Assembly (NCBI GenBank): GCA_040380025.1
Contig: JBEIJY010000002.1
Location: 64,001-128,000, forward strand
DNA length: 64,000 nucleotides
Origin: Bdellovibrionales bacterium
GTDB taxonomy: Bacteria; Bdellovibrionota; UBA1018; CAIMNF01
Direction of reading: 5' to 3'
Positions 1 to 10,101 of this stretch are shown here, piece by piece. The first letter of the stretch is position 1. Every line of letters starts with the position of its first letter. Position numbers and translations under genes: made by a program. The notes under the pieces are model-generated. The model was not told the DNA's origin, searched no databases, and saw nothing but the letters and a program-made list of their open reading frames with translations.

Positions 1-600
1 GAAAAAGACAAGCCTTGGTCGACCTCGGCCATCGAGGGGACCTTTCGCTTTTTGAATCGCGCCTACCGGATCTTCTTTGTCGAGGACCGCGCGAACGGCA
101 ACGACACCTTGAGGGTGGCGGATCGCCCGATGTCGCCCGAGGATGAAAAGATTTTGCACCAGACGGTGAAAAAGGTGACCGAGGACATCGAAGGCATGCG
201 CTTCAATACGGCGATCTCGACGATGATGGTGTTTGTGAATCATTTCACCCAGCAAGAAACCTCGCCCCGTGCGGCGATGCGGGTGTTCACCCAGTTGCTT
301 GCGCCCTTTGCTCCGCATCTGGCCGAGGAGTTCTGGCAGGTCCTGGGCGAAAAAGAATCGCTCTCGTACACGCCCTGGCCCTCGTATGACCCTGAGCTCG
401 TGAAGGCCGACACGATCACGATCGCGGTACAGGTGCTCGGAAAACTCAGGGGAACGCTCGAAGTCGAACCCGCCACCACGCAGGCCGTGCTCGAAGACAT
501 GGCCAAAAAGAACGAGGGTGTCGCGCGATTTTTGGACGGGAAGCAAATCGTGAAGGTGATTTACGTTCCTGGCCGGATTCTGAATTTCGTGGTGAAGTGA
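1..600 (+). CDS. leuS: Leucine--tRNA ligase, C-terminal part (5' end outside window)
   Basis: Frame open from base 1 (EKDKPWSTSAIEG...); FNTAIS, LLAPFAPHLAEE, VQVLGKLRG and C-terminal KVIYVPGRILNFVV are typical of the LeuRS C-terminus. Confidence 0.95.
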   Translation, partial: EKDKPWSTSAIEGTFRFLNRAYRIFFVEDRANGNDTLRVADRPMSPEDEKILHQTVKKVTEDIEGMRFNTAISTMMVFVNHFTQQETSPRAAMRVFTQLLAPFAPHLAEEFWQVLGEKESLSYTPWPSYDPELVKADTITIAVQVLGKLRGTLEVEPATTQAVLEDMAKKNEGVARFLDGKQIVKVIYVPGRILNFVVK

Positions 601-679
601 CCTGATTTTTGCCCGGCAAAGCTTGCCGATCCGGAACTCCGCCGACTCCGCTAAAATAAGAAGTGGAGAGAGGTTCCCC

Positions 680-838
680 ATGAGAGAGTTCGGACCTTTG
701 GAGAGACTTGCCTTGATCGGATCGGTGCTGTTTTGCGTGCTGGGCTCGGTGCTTTTGATCGACGGGAAGAAGCAATACGAGCGCGATCTCGAGCGCTCCG
801 AAACGGTGGACTACCAGTCCACCCGGAACCCGTTCTGA
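680..838 (+). CDS. Small single-TM hypothetical protein (52 aa)
   Basis: ATG at 680 after GGAGAGAGG; one hydrophobic stretch LALIGSVLFCVLGSVLLI followed by a charged tail. Confidence 0.55.
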   Translation: MREFGPLERLALIGSVLFCVLGSVLLIDGKKQYERDLERSETVDYQSTRNPF

Positions 839-840
839 AA

Positions 841-872
841 GAAAAACCCCGACTCGGTGAGAGTCGGGGCTT
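841..872 (-). terminator. Intrinsic terminator downstream of tRNA-Asn (possibly bidirectional)
   Basis: CCCCGACTC-ggtga-GAGTCGGGG stem; U-tract lies on the minus strand. Confidence 0.7.
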
Positions 873-941
873 CCAGGTTGGATGTTGTTTCGTAAATGCT
901 GTTTTGACGGCCAACGCTAAAGTTGAAATCGGACAAAAAAA

Positions 942-1016
942 TGGCTCAGGAGGAGGGATTCGAACCCCCGACCAATCGGTTAACAGCCGATTGCTCTACC
1001 ACTGAGCTACTCCTGA
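942..1016 (-). tRNA. tRNA-Asn (GTT)
   Basis: Reverse complement TCAGGAGTAGCTCAGTGGTAGAGCAATCGGCTGTTAACCGATTGGTCGGGGGTTCGAATCCCTCCTCCTGAGCCA: cloverleaf, GTT anticodon, TTCGAA T-loop, encoded CCA. Confidence 0.97.
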
Positions 1017-1092
1017 ATCGTATAGATTTGAGTAACGAAAAAAGATTTCGTTGTCTATACTATTTTTGATGCCTGAAAATGCCGGTTTTTCC

Positions 1093-2817
1093 ATGATTTT
1101 GCGCCGAATGGCCGTCCCGGTTCCGCTCTTGCTCGCGGTTTTGATGGGGAGCCCCCGGGGGGCACTCGCAAAGCCGGTTCCTCTTGCGAGCCTCTTCGCC
1201 GAACCGGCTCCGCCCGATAAATCCAAAAAAAAGAAAAAGAAAAAACCGCCGGCGCCGAAGCTCCCCGAGGAGTACCGCATCTTTGCGCGGGCCCGCGAGG
1301 CGTTCGAAAAAAAGTCCGATCCGGGTGCTCTTGAGTCCGCGCAGCGGGAGCTTTTGCTTGCTCCGCTCCATGCACGGAACAAGGCCATCGAGAAGGATTT
1401 CGAAGAGCTGTTCTTCGCCCTCGAGATCAAAAAAGGAATCGCCCATGAAAAGCGGAAGAACCGCGAGAAAGCGCTCGAGAGCTTCGAGGCGGGACTCGGG
1501 GGGCTCGGTACTTTCAAGTGGGTCCACTACTGGCGCGAGGAGGCCTCGTCGGCGCTTGTTCGCATTTGCGGGGCAAAGAAATTCCCGCGCGTCCCCGCCT
1601 GCCTCGCCCTTGCCCGGCGGGTGACCGATGCCTTTCCGAAGGCTGCGAACGAGACCAAATCCCTTCGTGCCTTGAGCCTTCCCGAACCCGTCGCCCAGCC
1701 TGACTTCGGCGGGGAGCGCTTGACCATCGGCTACAGCGAAAAGAAGGAGCGCGATGAAGAGGCGTTCCAAGAAGCACTCGATCATTACCTGAAAGGCCGG
1801 GAGAGTGATTTTTTGAAAGCCGGGCGCGCATTTCTGAGTGACTTTCCGCGATCTTCCCTCCGGTTCCGGACGATGTTCCTGCTCGGAGAAACGCTTCTGG
1901 GCGGGTCCAATCGCAAGGAGGCCGAGGGGTATTACCGCTCCATCATCGAGCAATCCCCGCTCAGTTACTATTCGATCGTCTCGGCCGAACGGCTCGATGT
2001 GGATCTCAGGACCAAGCTCTCCGCGGAGCCTCTGGTGATCGACCCCGAGGTGCAGGTGCTGGCGCCCGCCGACTCCGCCGCGCTCGAGCGTGCGCTCGTG
2101 CTCCAGAAGCTCGGAAAGACCGAAGAGCTCGGGATCGAGCTCGACGGGTTCTCGAAGCCCAAGGCCTATTCGAATGATGTGATTTTGTACCTGATGAAGA
2201 TCGCAACCGAGGGACGCCAGCATCTGGTCGCTTTCCGGCTCGCAAACGAGCTCATCCAGCGGCGGTTTTCGCGCATGGCAAGCCGGGAGATGCTCGATTT
2301 GCTGTTCCCCGATGCCTTCGAGGCCGAAATCGCGGCCGAAGCGACGACCGCCGGACAGGACCCGATCCTGATTGCAAGCCTGATCAAGCAGGAGTCGGGA
2401 TTCCGCGACTCCGCCCTTTCTTCTTCGGGCGCGATGGGGCTCATGCAGCTCATGCCCTTTACCGCGATCGATGTGCGCAAGGAGCTGAAGCTCCATGAGC
2501 TTCGCGATCCGAAGACGAACATCGCGCTCGGGGTGAAGTACTTTCAGGGGCTTATGTCGATGTACAACGGGAACCCGGTGTTCTCGCTTGCCGCGTACAA
2601 TGCGGGCCCGCATCGGGTGATGAAATGGCGCAAAGAGGCGGGAATCCGCTGGGGTATGCTCGACTGGATCGAGGCGATCCCGTTCAAGGAGACGCGCGAG
2701 TATGTGACCTCGATTCTGCGGAACCGCTATTGGTATCAGGTCAAGAAGGGGCTCCCGGTGGCGAGGATCACGGACTTAAAGGGATTGACCGTGCTTCCGC
2801 CCCTCGATAAAAACTGA
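1093..2817 (+). CDS. Soluble lytic transglycosylase (Slt-type) with helical/TPR-like N-terminus
   Basis: IKQES, GAMGLMQLMP, AAYNAGP and IPFKETREYV motifs; N-terminal signal-like segment; start uncertain (1093 or 1108). Confidence 0.9.
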   Translation: MILRRMAVPVPLLLAVLMGSPRGALAKPVPLASLFAEPAPPDKSKKKKKKKPPAPKLPEEYRIFARAREAFEKKSDPGALESAQRELLLAPLHARNKAIEKDFEELFFALEIKKGIAHEKRKNREKALESFEAGLGGLGTFKWVHYWREEASSALVRICGAKKFPRVPACLALARRVTDAFPKAANETKSLRALSLPEPVAQPDFGGERLTIGYSEKKERDEEAFQEALDHYLKGRESDFLKAGRAFLSDFPRSSLRFRTMFLLGETLLGGSNRKEAEGYYRSIIEQSPLSYYSIVSAERLDVDLRTKLSAEPLVIDPEVQVLAPADSAALERALVLQKLGKTEELGIELDGFSKPKAYSNDVILYLMKIATEGRQHLVAFRLANELIQRRFSRMASREMLDLLFPDAFEAEIAAEATTAGQDPILIASLIKQESGFRDSALSSSGAMGLMQLMPFTAIDVRKELKLHELRDPKTNIALGVKYFQGLMSMYNGNPVFSLAAYNAGPHRVMKWRKEAGIRWGMLDWIEAIPFKETREYVTSILRNRYWYQVKKGLPVARITDLKGLTVLPPLDKN

Positions 2818-2850
2818 TCGATAAAAACCGAAACGAAAGGTCGTTGGATC

Positions 2851-3825
2851 ATGTCGATGAATCGAATCCGTGAATGGGTGTTGTTGTCCGGAACCTCGAA
2901 TCCCGGCCTCTCGGCCAGAATCGCCGAGCGCCTCGGGCGGCCGCTCGGACAAATTGAGATCCGTCGCTTCAGCGATGGCGAGATTTTCGTCGAGGTCGGC
3001 GAAAACGTGCGGGGCCGGGCGGTGTATGTAATTCAAAGCACCTGCGCGCCCGCGAACGAAACGCTGATGGAAACGCTCATCATCATCGACGCCTTGAAGC
3101 GCGCGAGCGCGAAAGAGATCAACCTCGTGATTCCGTACTACGGCTATTCGAGGCAGGATCGCAAGGTCTCGCCCCGCACGCCGATCAGCGCCAAGCTCAC
3201 GGCCGATCTTCTGACCGTGGCCGGAGCCTCGAGGGTCCTCTCGGTCGATCTTCATGCGGGGCAGATTCAGGGGTTCTTCAACATTCCCTTCGACAATCTC
3301 TTCGCCATGCCCGTGATGGAGCGCCACTTGCGCGAGATCATTCCCGCCATCGAGCAGACCGCCGGGGCGGGAATTGTCGTCGTGAGCCCGGACGCGGGCG
3401 GAGTCGAGCGGGCGCGTTCGCTTGCCAAGCGGATCAACGCAGGAGTCGCGATCATCGACAAGCGCCGGACCGGGCCCAATGTGGCGAAGGCCATGAACAT
3501 CATCGGAGACGTGAGCAATCGCATCGCGATCATTCTGGACGACATGATCGACACGGCAGGCACGCTCACCGAATGCGCGAATGCGGTACTCGATCACGGC
3601 GCTTCGGAGGTGTACGCGGCCGCAACCCATGGCGTGCTCTCGGGACCTGCGATCGAACGCATCCGTTCTTCGCGGATCCGGCAGGTGATTGTCACCGACA
3701 CCATCCCGCTCGGAAGCGAGGGCGTCGCTTGCGGGAAGATCACGCAGGTCTCGGTGTCGCATCTTTTGGCCGAGGCCATTTACCGCATCCACCATTACGA
3801 TTCGGTCAGCTCGCTCTTTACCTGA
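2851..3825 (+). CDS. prs: Ribose-phosphate pyrophosphokinase
   Basis: RFSDGE, PYYGYSRQDRK, DLHAGQIQGFF, VVSPDAGG, DDMIDTAGT. Confidence 0.98.
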   Translation: MSMNRIREWVLLSGTSNPGLSARIAERLGRPLGQIEIRRFSDGEIFVEVGENVRGRAVYVIQSTCAPANETLMETLIIIDALKRASAKEINLVIPYYGYSRQDRKVSPRTPISAKLTADLLTVAGASRVLSVDLHAGQIQGFFNIPFDNLFAMPVMERHLREIIPAIEQTAGAGIVVVSPDAGGVERARSLAKRINAGVAIIDKRRTGPNVAKAMNIIGDVSNRIAIILDDMIDTAGTLTECANAVLDHGASEVYAAATHGVLSGPAIERIRSSRIRQVIVTDTIPLGSEGVACGKITQVSVSHLLAEAIYRIHHYDSVSSLFT

Positions 3826-3837
3826 AAGCCCCACACC

Positions 3838-4437
3838 ATGAAGCTCATTGTCGGTCTCGGAAACCCCGGCCCCCGTTACGAAACCACCCGCCACAACATC
3901 GGGTTCTTGTGTGTCGATGACCTGATCGACCGCTGGGGCGCGCGCGGGCCGGTCATCAAGAACCAGGCCGAAGTGTACCAGTGCGAGGTGGCGGGAGTGC
4001 AGGTCCTGCTCGTGAAGCCCCAGACCTTCATGAACCTCTCGGGTCGCTCGGTGTCGCCGTTTTTTTCGTTCTACAAGTGTTCGCCCGACGATCTGATCGT
4101 GATCCACGACGAGCTCGACATCCTGCCGGGCGAGATCCGCTTCAAGACCGGCGGGAGCGCCGGAGGCCACAACGGGCTCAAGTCGATCGACGAGTGCCTC
4201 GGGGCGGGAAATCTGCAATACCATCGGGTGCGTCTGGGCATCGGCCACCCTCGGAACTTCAATCTTCGGATGGACGTGGCCGATTATGTGCTGGGTCGGA
4301 TTCCCGACGGGGAGCTTCCGGACCTGCCGGATCTGTTCGAGAAGGCCGAAGCCGGAATTCGCCTGATTTTTCAGGGCAAAATAGGCGAAGCCATGAACAA
4401 ATTCCATGGACGGCCCAAGGCCTCTCGGGATAAATAA
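3838..4437 (+). CDS. pth: Peptidyl-tRNA hydrolase
   Basis: GLGNPG, TRHNIGF, KPQTFMNLSG, HDELD, GGHNGLKS. Confidence 0.98.
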   Translation: MKLIVGLGNPGPRYETTRHNIGFLCVDDLIDRWGARGPVIKNQAEVYQCEVAGVQVLLVKPQTFMNLSGRSVSPFFSFYKCSPDDLIVIHDELDILPGEIRFKTGGSAGGHNGLKSIDECLGAGNLQYHRVRLGIGHPRNFNLRMDVADYVLGRIPDGELPDLPDLFEKAEAGIRLIFQGKIGEAMNKFHGRPKASRDK

Positions 4438-4445
4438 ACCCTCCT

Positions 4446-5546
4446 ATGAGCTTACAGTGTGGAATCGTCGGACTCCCGAACGTCGGGAAAAGCACCATCT
4501 TCAATGCGCTTACGAGCGCCAAGGCCGAGGCGGCCAACTATCCCTTTTGCACGATCGAGCCGAACACCGGCATCGTGAAGGTGCCCGATCCGCGTCTCGA
4601 AGAGATCTCGCGGCACATTCCCCCGCAGAAGCTGATTCCGGCCATCATGACCTTCGTTGATATCGCAGGTCTGGTCCGGGGGGCTTCGAAGGGCGAAGGG
4701 CTCGGGAACCAGTTCCTGGGTCACATCCGCGAGACCGATGCGATCGCCCACGTGGTGCGGTGCTTTCAGGATCCGAACATCGTGCACGTCGAGGGTTCGA
4801 TCGATCCCATCCGCGACATCGAAACGATCGACACCGAGCTCGTGCTCTGCGACCTCGAGGCGGTGATCAAGAAGATCACAAGCCAGCAAAAGCAGGCCCG
4901 CACCGGCGATAAAAAGGCCGCCGCTCTCGTCAATGTGCTCGAGCGGATCCGCCCCCTGCTCGATCAGGGCAAGACCGTCCGCGCCTGCGGACTCAGCGAC
5001 GAAGAAAAAGAAATCGTGAAAGACATGCACTTTCTTACGATCAAGCCCGTCATGTACATCGCGAACGTGGACGAGGCTTCGCTCGCGGACCCGTTCGCAA
5101 ACGAGTTCGTCAAGAAGGTCGCCGAGCATGCCAAAAAAGAAGGCGCGCCCGTTGTGCCCATTTGTGGAAAAATCGAATCCGAGATCGCCGAGCTCGGAGA
5201 CGAAGACAAGAAGTCCTTTCTTTCGGACCTCGGAATGGAAGAGCCGGGTCTGAACCGCGTGATCCGCGCGGGATATGATCTTCTCGGGCTTCAGACCTAC
5301 TTCACCGCGGGCGAGATGGAAGTGCGCGCTTGGACGATTCAAAAGGGCTGGAAAGCGCCGCAAGCCGCCGGCGTCATCCACTCCGACTTTGAGCGCGGAT
5401 TCATCCGCGCCGAGGTGTTTCACTACAATGACCTCGTGAAGCTCCAGTCCGAGGCGAAGATCCGCGATGCGGGCCTGCTCCGGGTCGAAGGAAAAGAATA
5501 TGTCGTTCAAGACGGCGACATCATGCACTTCCGCTTCAACGTGTAG
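4446..5546 (+). CDS. ychF: Redox-regulated ATPase YchF
   Basis: GLPNVGKST, ANYPFCTIEPN, DIAGLVRGASKGEGLGNQFL, EGKEYVVQDGD. Confidence 0.98.
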   Translation: MSLQCGIVGLPNVGKSTIFNALTSAKAEAANYPFCTIEPNTGIVKVPDPRLEEISRHIPPQKLIPAIMTFVDIAGLVRGASKGEGLGNQFLGHIRETDAIAHVVRCFQDPNIVHVEGSIDPIRDIETIDTELVLCDLEAVIKKITSQQKQARTGDKKAAALVNVLERIRPLLDQGKTVRACGLSDEEKEIVKDMHFLTIKPVMYIANVDEASLADPFANEFVKKVAEHAKKEGAPVVPICGKIESEIAELGDEDKKSFLSDLGMEEPGLNRVIRAGYDLLGLQTYFTAGEMEVRAWTIQKGWKAPQAAGVIHSDFERGFIRAEVFHYNDLVKLQSEAKIRDAGLLRVEGKEYVVQDGDIMHFRFNV

Positions 5547-5556
5547 GGAGACCGTC

Positions 5557-6261
5557 ATGCGCGCGCTGATTCTGATTCTGTTCGTGTTTTCGGGAGTCTC
5601 GAATGCCTCTGAGGGGACTGCTGCTGAGCGAAGCGTCACTGTGAGCGGCGAATGCGCGCTTGAGGTCGATCCCGATCGCGGGAGCGTGATTCTGGTGGCC
5701 GAGCACCAGGACAAAGACGCCAAGGCCGCCATCCGCACCGCCACCGCCCAACACGAGAAGCTGAAAGCCGCCCTCAAAAAATCAAAGCTGAAGGACCTGG
5801 AGCTTTCGAGCGTGGAATACACCGTGCAGGAAGTGACCGAGTGGGAGAACAACCGCGCGGTCAAAAAGGGCTTCCAGTGTCGGCTCGGACTCCGGGTCGC
5901 GACGCCCGAGATCCCCGCCCTGGGCGAAGTGCTCTCGATCGCCGATGATTCCGGAATCCGGAACACGCACTCGCTACAGACCTACCTTTCGGACGCGAAG
6001 CTTCTCGAAGAAAAAAAGCGCTGTCTTGCCCTTGCGGCCGGGAATGCACGCGAGAAGGCCCAGCATCTGGTGAAGAGCCTCGGCGCCTCTTTGGGGCCGG
6101 TTCAGAGCATTCGTGAGCGGGGTACGGCCGAGTCCCAGCCCGTGCCGATGCCAAGGGTGTTCTCGATGAAGGCCGCAGAAGCGGGGCCCGCGCCCACGAT
6201 CGAAGGCGGGAAGCAAAGTGTCCGTCATGAGGTCGAAGTGACCTTCTCGATCGAGCGTTAA
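5557..6261 (+). CDS. SIMPL/DUF541 (YggE-like) periplasmic protein
   Basis: Signal peptide, VTVSGE..VDPD, A..NAREKA..L...LG..LG pattern, C-terminal VEVTF; ATG at 5557 after GGGAG. Confidence 0.85.
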   Translation: MRALILILFVFSGVSNASEGTAAERSVTVSGECALEVDPDRGSVILVAEHQDKDAKAAIRTATAQHEKLKAALKKSKLKDLELSSVEYTVQEVTEWENNRAVKKGFQCRLGLRVATPEIPALGEVLSIADDSGIRNTHSLQTYLSDAKLLEEKKRCLALAAGNAREKAQHLVKSLGASLGPVQSIRERGTAESQPVPMPRVFSMKAAEAGPAPTIEGGKQSVRHEVEVTFSIER

Positions 6262-7181
6262 GGCGATTCGGGGGAATCTTCGGAAGATTCGGGATTCAGG
6301 CTCCGGCTCACGCCCACCATCGCCCCGAGCAGGATCGCCATCGCGAAAATCTGCACACCCGAGAGAGGTGCTTCGAGGTAACGCGAATTCACCCAAACGG
6401 CCGTGAGCGGGAACGAAAGCTCGAGCAGGGTAGCGGTCGAGGCGGGGACCCGTCGAAGGCCCCGGTAATACAGAATCATCGCAATGAAGCCCGGAACGAG
6501 CGCCATGAACCCGAGCGAGGTGATGACCTCGACATTCGTGGCGGCGAAGGGGATTTCGATTTTGGACTGGCCGTGGCGCGAGGTGATCACCATCATGGCG
6601 GCCAGGCCCCAGACAAACCGCCAGAACGAGAGCACGTTTTCGTCTGTCTTGCGGAGCACGATTTTTCCGACCACGGTCGAGACCGCCCAGAGAAAGGCCG
6701 CAAGGAATGCGAGCACTGCTCCGACATTGGCGTGATTCGCAATCATGCCGGGTTGGATTCCTTCGGGAAAGCTCAGCAAAAACGCGGCAGAAACGGCAAT
6801 CGCACCCCAAACGAGGAATGAGGCCGTGATCTTCTCTCCCAAAAACAAGGCCGAGAGCAAGATCACCAGAACCGGCTGGATCTTCTGGATCAGAATCGTC
6901 ACACTCGGATTCGTGTAGCGAAAACTCTCGGTGAACAGGATCGTCGCCAGGGCCGAACCGAACACGCCGATGAAGCCGGCACCGAGCAGTTGTCTCCACC
7001 CGGGAAAGAGCGCCCGTTTGCCCGAGGCGAACAGCACCCAGACGAGAGCCAGAATCGAGGCGAAGATGTGTTCGAAGTACACGATCGTCACCGCGCTCAG
7101 GTCTTGCACGAGCGGCAGACGAAAGAGCGCATCGGTGGCCCAGAGGGCGGCTCCTACGAAGACAAAAAGAGCGGGCTGCAT
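6258..7181 (-). CDS. DMT/EamA family transporter
   Basis: About 10 TM segments in two repeats, FLGEK motif; start 7181 or 7193. Confidence 0.88.
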   Translation of the reverse strand: MQPALFVFVGAALWATDALFRLPLVQDLSAVTIVYFEHIFASILALVWVLFASGKRALFPGWRQLLGAGFIGVFGSALATILFTESFRYTNPSVTILIQKIQPVLVILLSALFLGEKITASFLVWGAIAVSAAFLLSFPEGIQPGMIANHANVGAVLAFLAAFLWAVSTVVGKIVLRKTDENVLSFWRFVWGLAAMMVITSRHGQSKIEIPFAATNVEVITSLGFMALVPGFIAMILYYRGLRRVPASTATLLELSFPLTAVWVNSRYLEAPLSGVQIFAMAILLGAMVGVSRSLNPESSEDSPESP

Positions 7182-8497
7182 GTGTGCATCCAATCCTGGA
7201 AGAAGAGCGGGGCTTGCTTGGCGAGGGTTTCGCGAAGCTGGTCTTTTTTGAGCCCCTCGGTGCGGTCAAAAAACTTCGGATCAAACAGCGCGAATTGAAT
7301 GTTGTTCGGCTGGTAGTTCTTCGCCTCCGATGCGGTCACGTGCGCTAGGAGCGCTCCGAGCGCCGTGTTCGCCGGTGGAGCGCTGTGGGGTAGTCCCTTC
7401 AGGCGCTCCAGAATGAAGATCGCGGCCAGCATTCCCGAGGCGGCCGACTCGAGGTATCCTTCGACGCCAGTGATTTGCCCCGCAAGGTAGACACGAGGAT
7501 GACCCTTCAAAGAGAGGTCCGGGCGAAGCGCCTTCGGGCCGCAGACAAAGGTGTTCCGGTGCATCGAGCCCATGCGCAGGAACTCGGCGTTTTTCAGCGC
7601 CGGAATCATCCGGAGCGCCTTGGTTTGCGCCCCGTACTTGAGCCGGGTCTGAAATCCCACGAGGTTATAAGCGGTTTTTGCGCGGTTTTCGGGTCGAAGT
7701 TGGACGGCCGCATAGGGGCGGTGCCCGGTCGCAGGATCGGTAAGACCAGTCGGCTTCATGGGGCCATAGCGAAGGGAGTCGCGCCCGGTGGCGGCGATGG
7801 CTTCGATCGGCTGACAGCCCTGAAAGTATTTTTCTTTTTCGAAGTTCTTGGTGGGAACCATCTCGCCCGTGAGGAGTGCATCCAAAAACGCGTCGTATTC
7901 GTCTTTCGAGAGCGGGCAGTTGATATACGCCTCTTCGCCGCCCTTGTCGTAGCGGTTCGCGGTGAACGCGCGGGTCATATCGATCGTCGAGGCGTCGATG
8001 ATCGGCGCGATCGCATCGTAAAAATACAAATCCTCGGCACCGGTCGCACCGGCAATCCAGGCGGTGAGCGCATCTGATGTCAGCGGACCTGTTGCGATCA
8101 GGGTCACCTCGTTCGATCCCTCGAAGGGCTTCGTGACTTCGCCCGGTTCAAAGCGGATGTTCGGATGATTCCGGATTCGGCCGGTGATCAGCGTCGAGAA
8201 CACGTCGCGGTCGACCGCAAGCGCTTCTCCCGCAGGAACCTCCGCTTCGGTGGCAGAAGAAAGAATCAGCGATCCCACCAGGCGCATTTCGGCCTTCAGC
8301 ATTCCGGGGGCCGAGACGGGGTTTTTCGATTTCAGCGAATTCGAACAGACGAGCTCGGCGCACTGTCCGGTTTTGTGGGCAGGGGTTGTGGTCTCGGGTC
8401 TCATTTCGTGCAAGACCACCGGAATTCCCCGCTCCGCCAAAAACCAAGCGGCCTCGGAGCCCGCCAGGCCCGCGCCGATAATATGAACCGTTTGCAT
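7154..8497 (-). CDS. trmFO: Folate/FAD-dependent tRNA (uracil-54) methyltransferase
   Basis: IGAGLAGSEAA, AELVCSNS, YFYDAIAP, YNLVGFQT, AGQITGVEGY. Confidence 0.97.
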   Translation of the reverse strand: MQTVHIIGAGLAGSEAAWFLAERGIPVVLHEMRPETTTPAHKTGQCAELVCSNSLKSKNPVSAPGMLKAEMRLVGSLILSSATEAEVPAGEALAVDRDVFSTLITGRIRNHPNIRFEPGEVTKPFEGSNEVTLIATGPLTSDALTAWIAGATGAEDLYFYDAIAPIIDASTIDMTRAFTANRYDKGGEEAYINCPLSKDEYDAFLDALLTGEMVPTKNFEKEKYFQGCQPIEAIAATGRDSLRYGPMKPTGLTDPATGHRPYAAVQLRPENRAKTAYNLVGFQTRLKYGAQTKALRMIPALKNAEFLRMGSMHRNTFVCGPKALRPDLSLKGHPRVYLAGQITGVEGYLESAASGMLAAIFILERLKGLPHSAPPANTALGALLAHVTASEAKNYQPNNIQFALFDPKFFDRTEGLKKDQLRETLAKQAPLFFQDWMHTCSPLFLSS

Positions 8498-8523
8498 TCA
8501 ATCTGAATTAAACTAAAGAGGGT

Positions 8524-9450
8524 ATGGCATCAACCCTAAAGGACCGCATTCGGGAGTTCCTCGATCACGGGATCAATGAAAAAAATTGGTCGCAAGAGAC
8601 AATCCGCGCCTATGAGTCCGATTTGGCCCAATTCGAGAGGCATTTGCGCGAAAACTCCGGAATCGAGGCGGAGGAGGGGCTGAAGTCGCTGGAATCCTCC
8701 CACTTCCGGTCGTTCGCTGCGGCCTTGTTCGAGCGATGCGATGCGGTGAGCGTGGCCCGAAAAATGAGCACGCTTCGCACGTTTTTTCGGTACTTGAAGC
8801 GCAAGGGCGTCGTGGGGCGAAGCTGGCTTCCGATGATTCCCTCGCCGAAATCTGCGCAAAAACTCCCGGAATTCCTGAAGATCGAGGAACTGTTCGAGCT
8901 CATGCGAGCGCCCGATCGCTCGATCTGGACCGGGCTTCGGGATCGGGCGATCTTTGAAATCCTGTACGGATCGGGACTTCGGGTCGGAGAGCTCGAATCG
9001 CTAAGGATGGCATCTTTTGCGCACAAATCGGGCTGGATCCGGGTCTCGGGCAAAGGTGGCAAGGAACGGATGGTACCGATGACCGAGCCCGCACAGGAGG
9101 CCCTTCGAGAGTACCTCGGAGCCCGTCCCGCGCCCGCGGACCCGGAGCTCGTGTTCATCGGGTATCGGGGCACGGCGCTCACCTCACGGAGCGTGGCGCG
9201 GATTTTGGCCAGAACCATGGTCCGGGCGGCCCTGCTTTCGCCCCAATGGATGGACGAGAAGCGCAAGGTCTCGCCGCATGCGCTTCGTCACAGTTTTGCG
9301 ACCCATTTGCTCTCGGCCGGGGCCGATTTGCGGAGCATTCAGGAGCTTCTGGGGCACTCCCGGCTCTCCACAACCCAGCGCTATACTCATCTGAATCTGG
9401 GCGAGATCCAAGACGCCTATCTCCTTGCGCATCCCCTTTCAAAAAAGTAA
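8524..9450 (+). CDS. xerC: Tyrosine recombinase XerC
   Basis: SAM-like N-domain, LYGSGLRVGEL, GKGGKER, PHALRHSFATHLL, QELLGH..LSTTQRYTH; adjacent to trmFO. Confidence 0.85.
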   Translation: MASTLKDRIREFLDHGINEKNWSQETIRAYESDLAQFERHLRENSGIEAEEGLKSLESSHFRSFAAALFERCDAVSVARKMSTLRTFFRYLKRKGVVGRSWLPMIPSPKSAQKLPEFLKIEELFELMRAPDRSIWTGLRDRAIFEILYGSGLRVGELESLRMASFAHKSGWIRVSGKGGKERMVPMTEPAQEALREYLGARPAPADPELVFIGYRGTALTSRSVARILARTMVRAALLSPQWMDEKRKVSPHALRHSFATHLLSAGADLRSIQELLGHSRLSTTQRYTHLNLGEIQDAYLLAHPLSKK

Positions 9451-9477
9451 AACCTCGGGAGAGCAAGGCAAACCCAG

Positions 9478-10101
9478 ATGGACTTCAACCTCATTGTCGA
9501 TTTTTTGATCGATTACTATGGACCGATCCCGTATCTCGCGATCTTCGTGATCCTCCTTGCGTGCGGGCTCGGGATTCCCATTCCCGAAGACATCACCCTG
9601 ATTGCGGGCGGCATCCTGACCTATTACGGCGTTTGCGATGTGTGGCTCATGATCGCGGTGGGGCTCGCGGGGGTTCTGATCGGGGACTCGTTCGTGTACT
9701 ACCTTGGCCACCATTTCGGCCGCCGGCTCCTGAAGAAATGGCCGTTCCGCCTGTTCATCGACGAGAAAAAAATCGAATCCATCCGGGGCCAGCTGGACAA
9801 GCACGGGGCGAAGCTTCTGTTTTCGGCCCGGTTCATGCCCGGTGTCCGCTCGACGGTTTTTTTCGCAACGGGGCTTCTTCATTATCCGTATCGCAAAATG
9901 CTGTTTTATGACGGACTGGCCGCGATCCTGAGTGTCCCCGCGATCGTGTACTCGGTGTATCACTTCGGGGATTTCCTCGAGTCGGTGATCAAGTGGATCA
10001 AAAAAGTGGAAGGCGGAATCGTCGGGTTGATTGTTCTGGCCCTTCTTTATGCGGCCTACAAGTTCTGGTCCTCCCGTCGTAAAAAGGAGCGGGAAACATG
10101 A
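9478..10101 (+). CDS. DedA family membrane protein
   Basis: GIPIPED, GD...Y..G...G, ARFMPGVR. Confidence 0.93.
   Translation: MDFNLIVDFLIDYYGPIPYLAIFVILLACGLGIPIPEDITLIAGGILTYYGVCDVWLMIAVGLAGVLIGDSFVYYLGHHFGRRLLKKWPFRLFIDEKKIESIRGQLDKHGAKLLFSARFMPGVRSTVFFATGLLHYPYRKMLFYDGLAAILSVPAIVYSVYHFGDFLESVIKWIKKVEGGIVGLIVLALLYAAYKFWSSRRKKERET

Noticed and set aside
733..1005. ORFs overlapping tRNA genes (733-1005, and 16775-17217)
   Set aside because: Translations such as GGGIRTPDQSVNSRLLYH and AEREGFEP are antisense-tRNA artefacts
8524..9450. Tyrosine recombinase as a phage or island integrase
   Set aside because: Size, motifs and housekeeping context next to trmFO fit chromosomal XerC; no att sites or cargo seen
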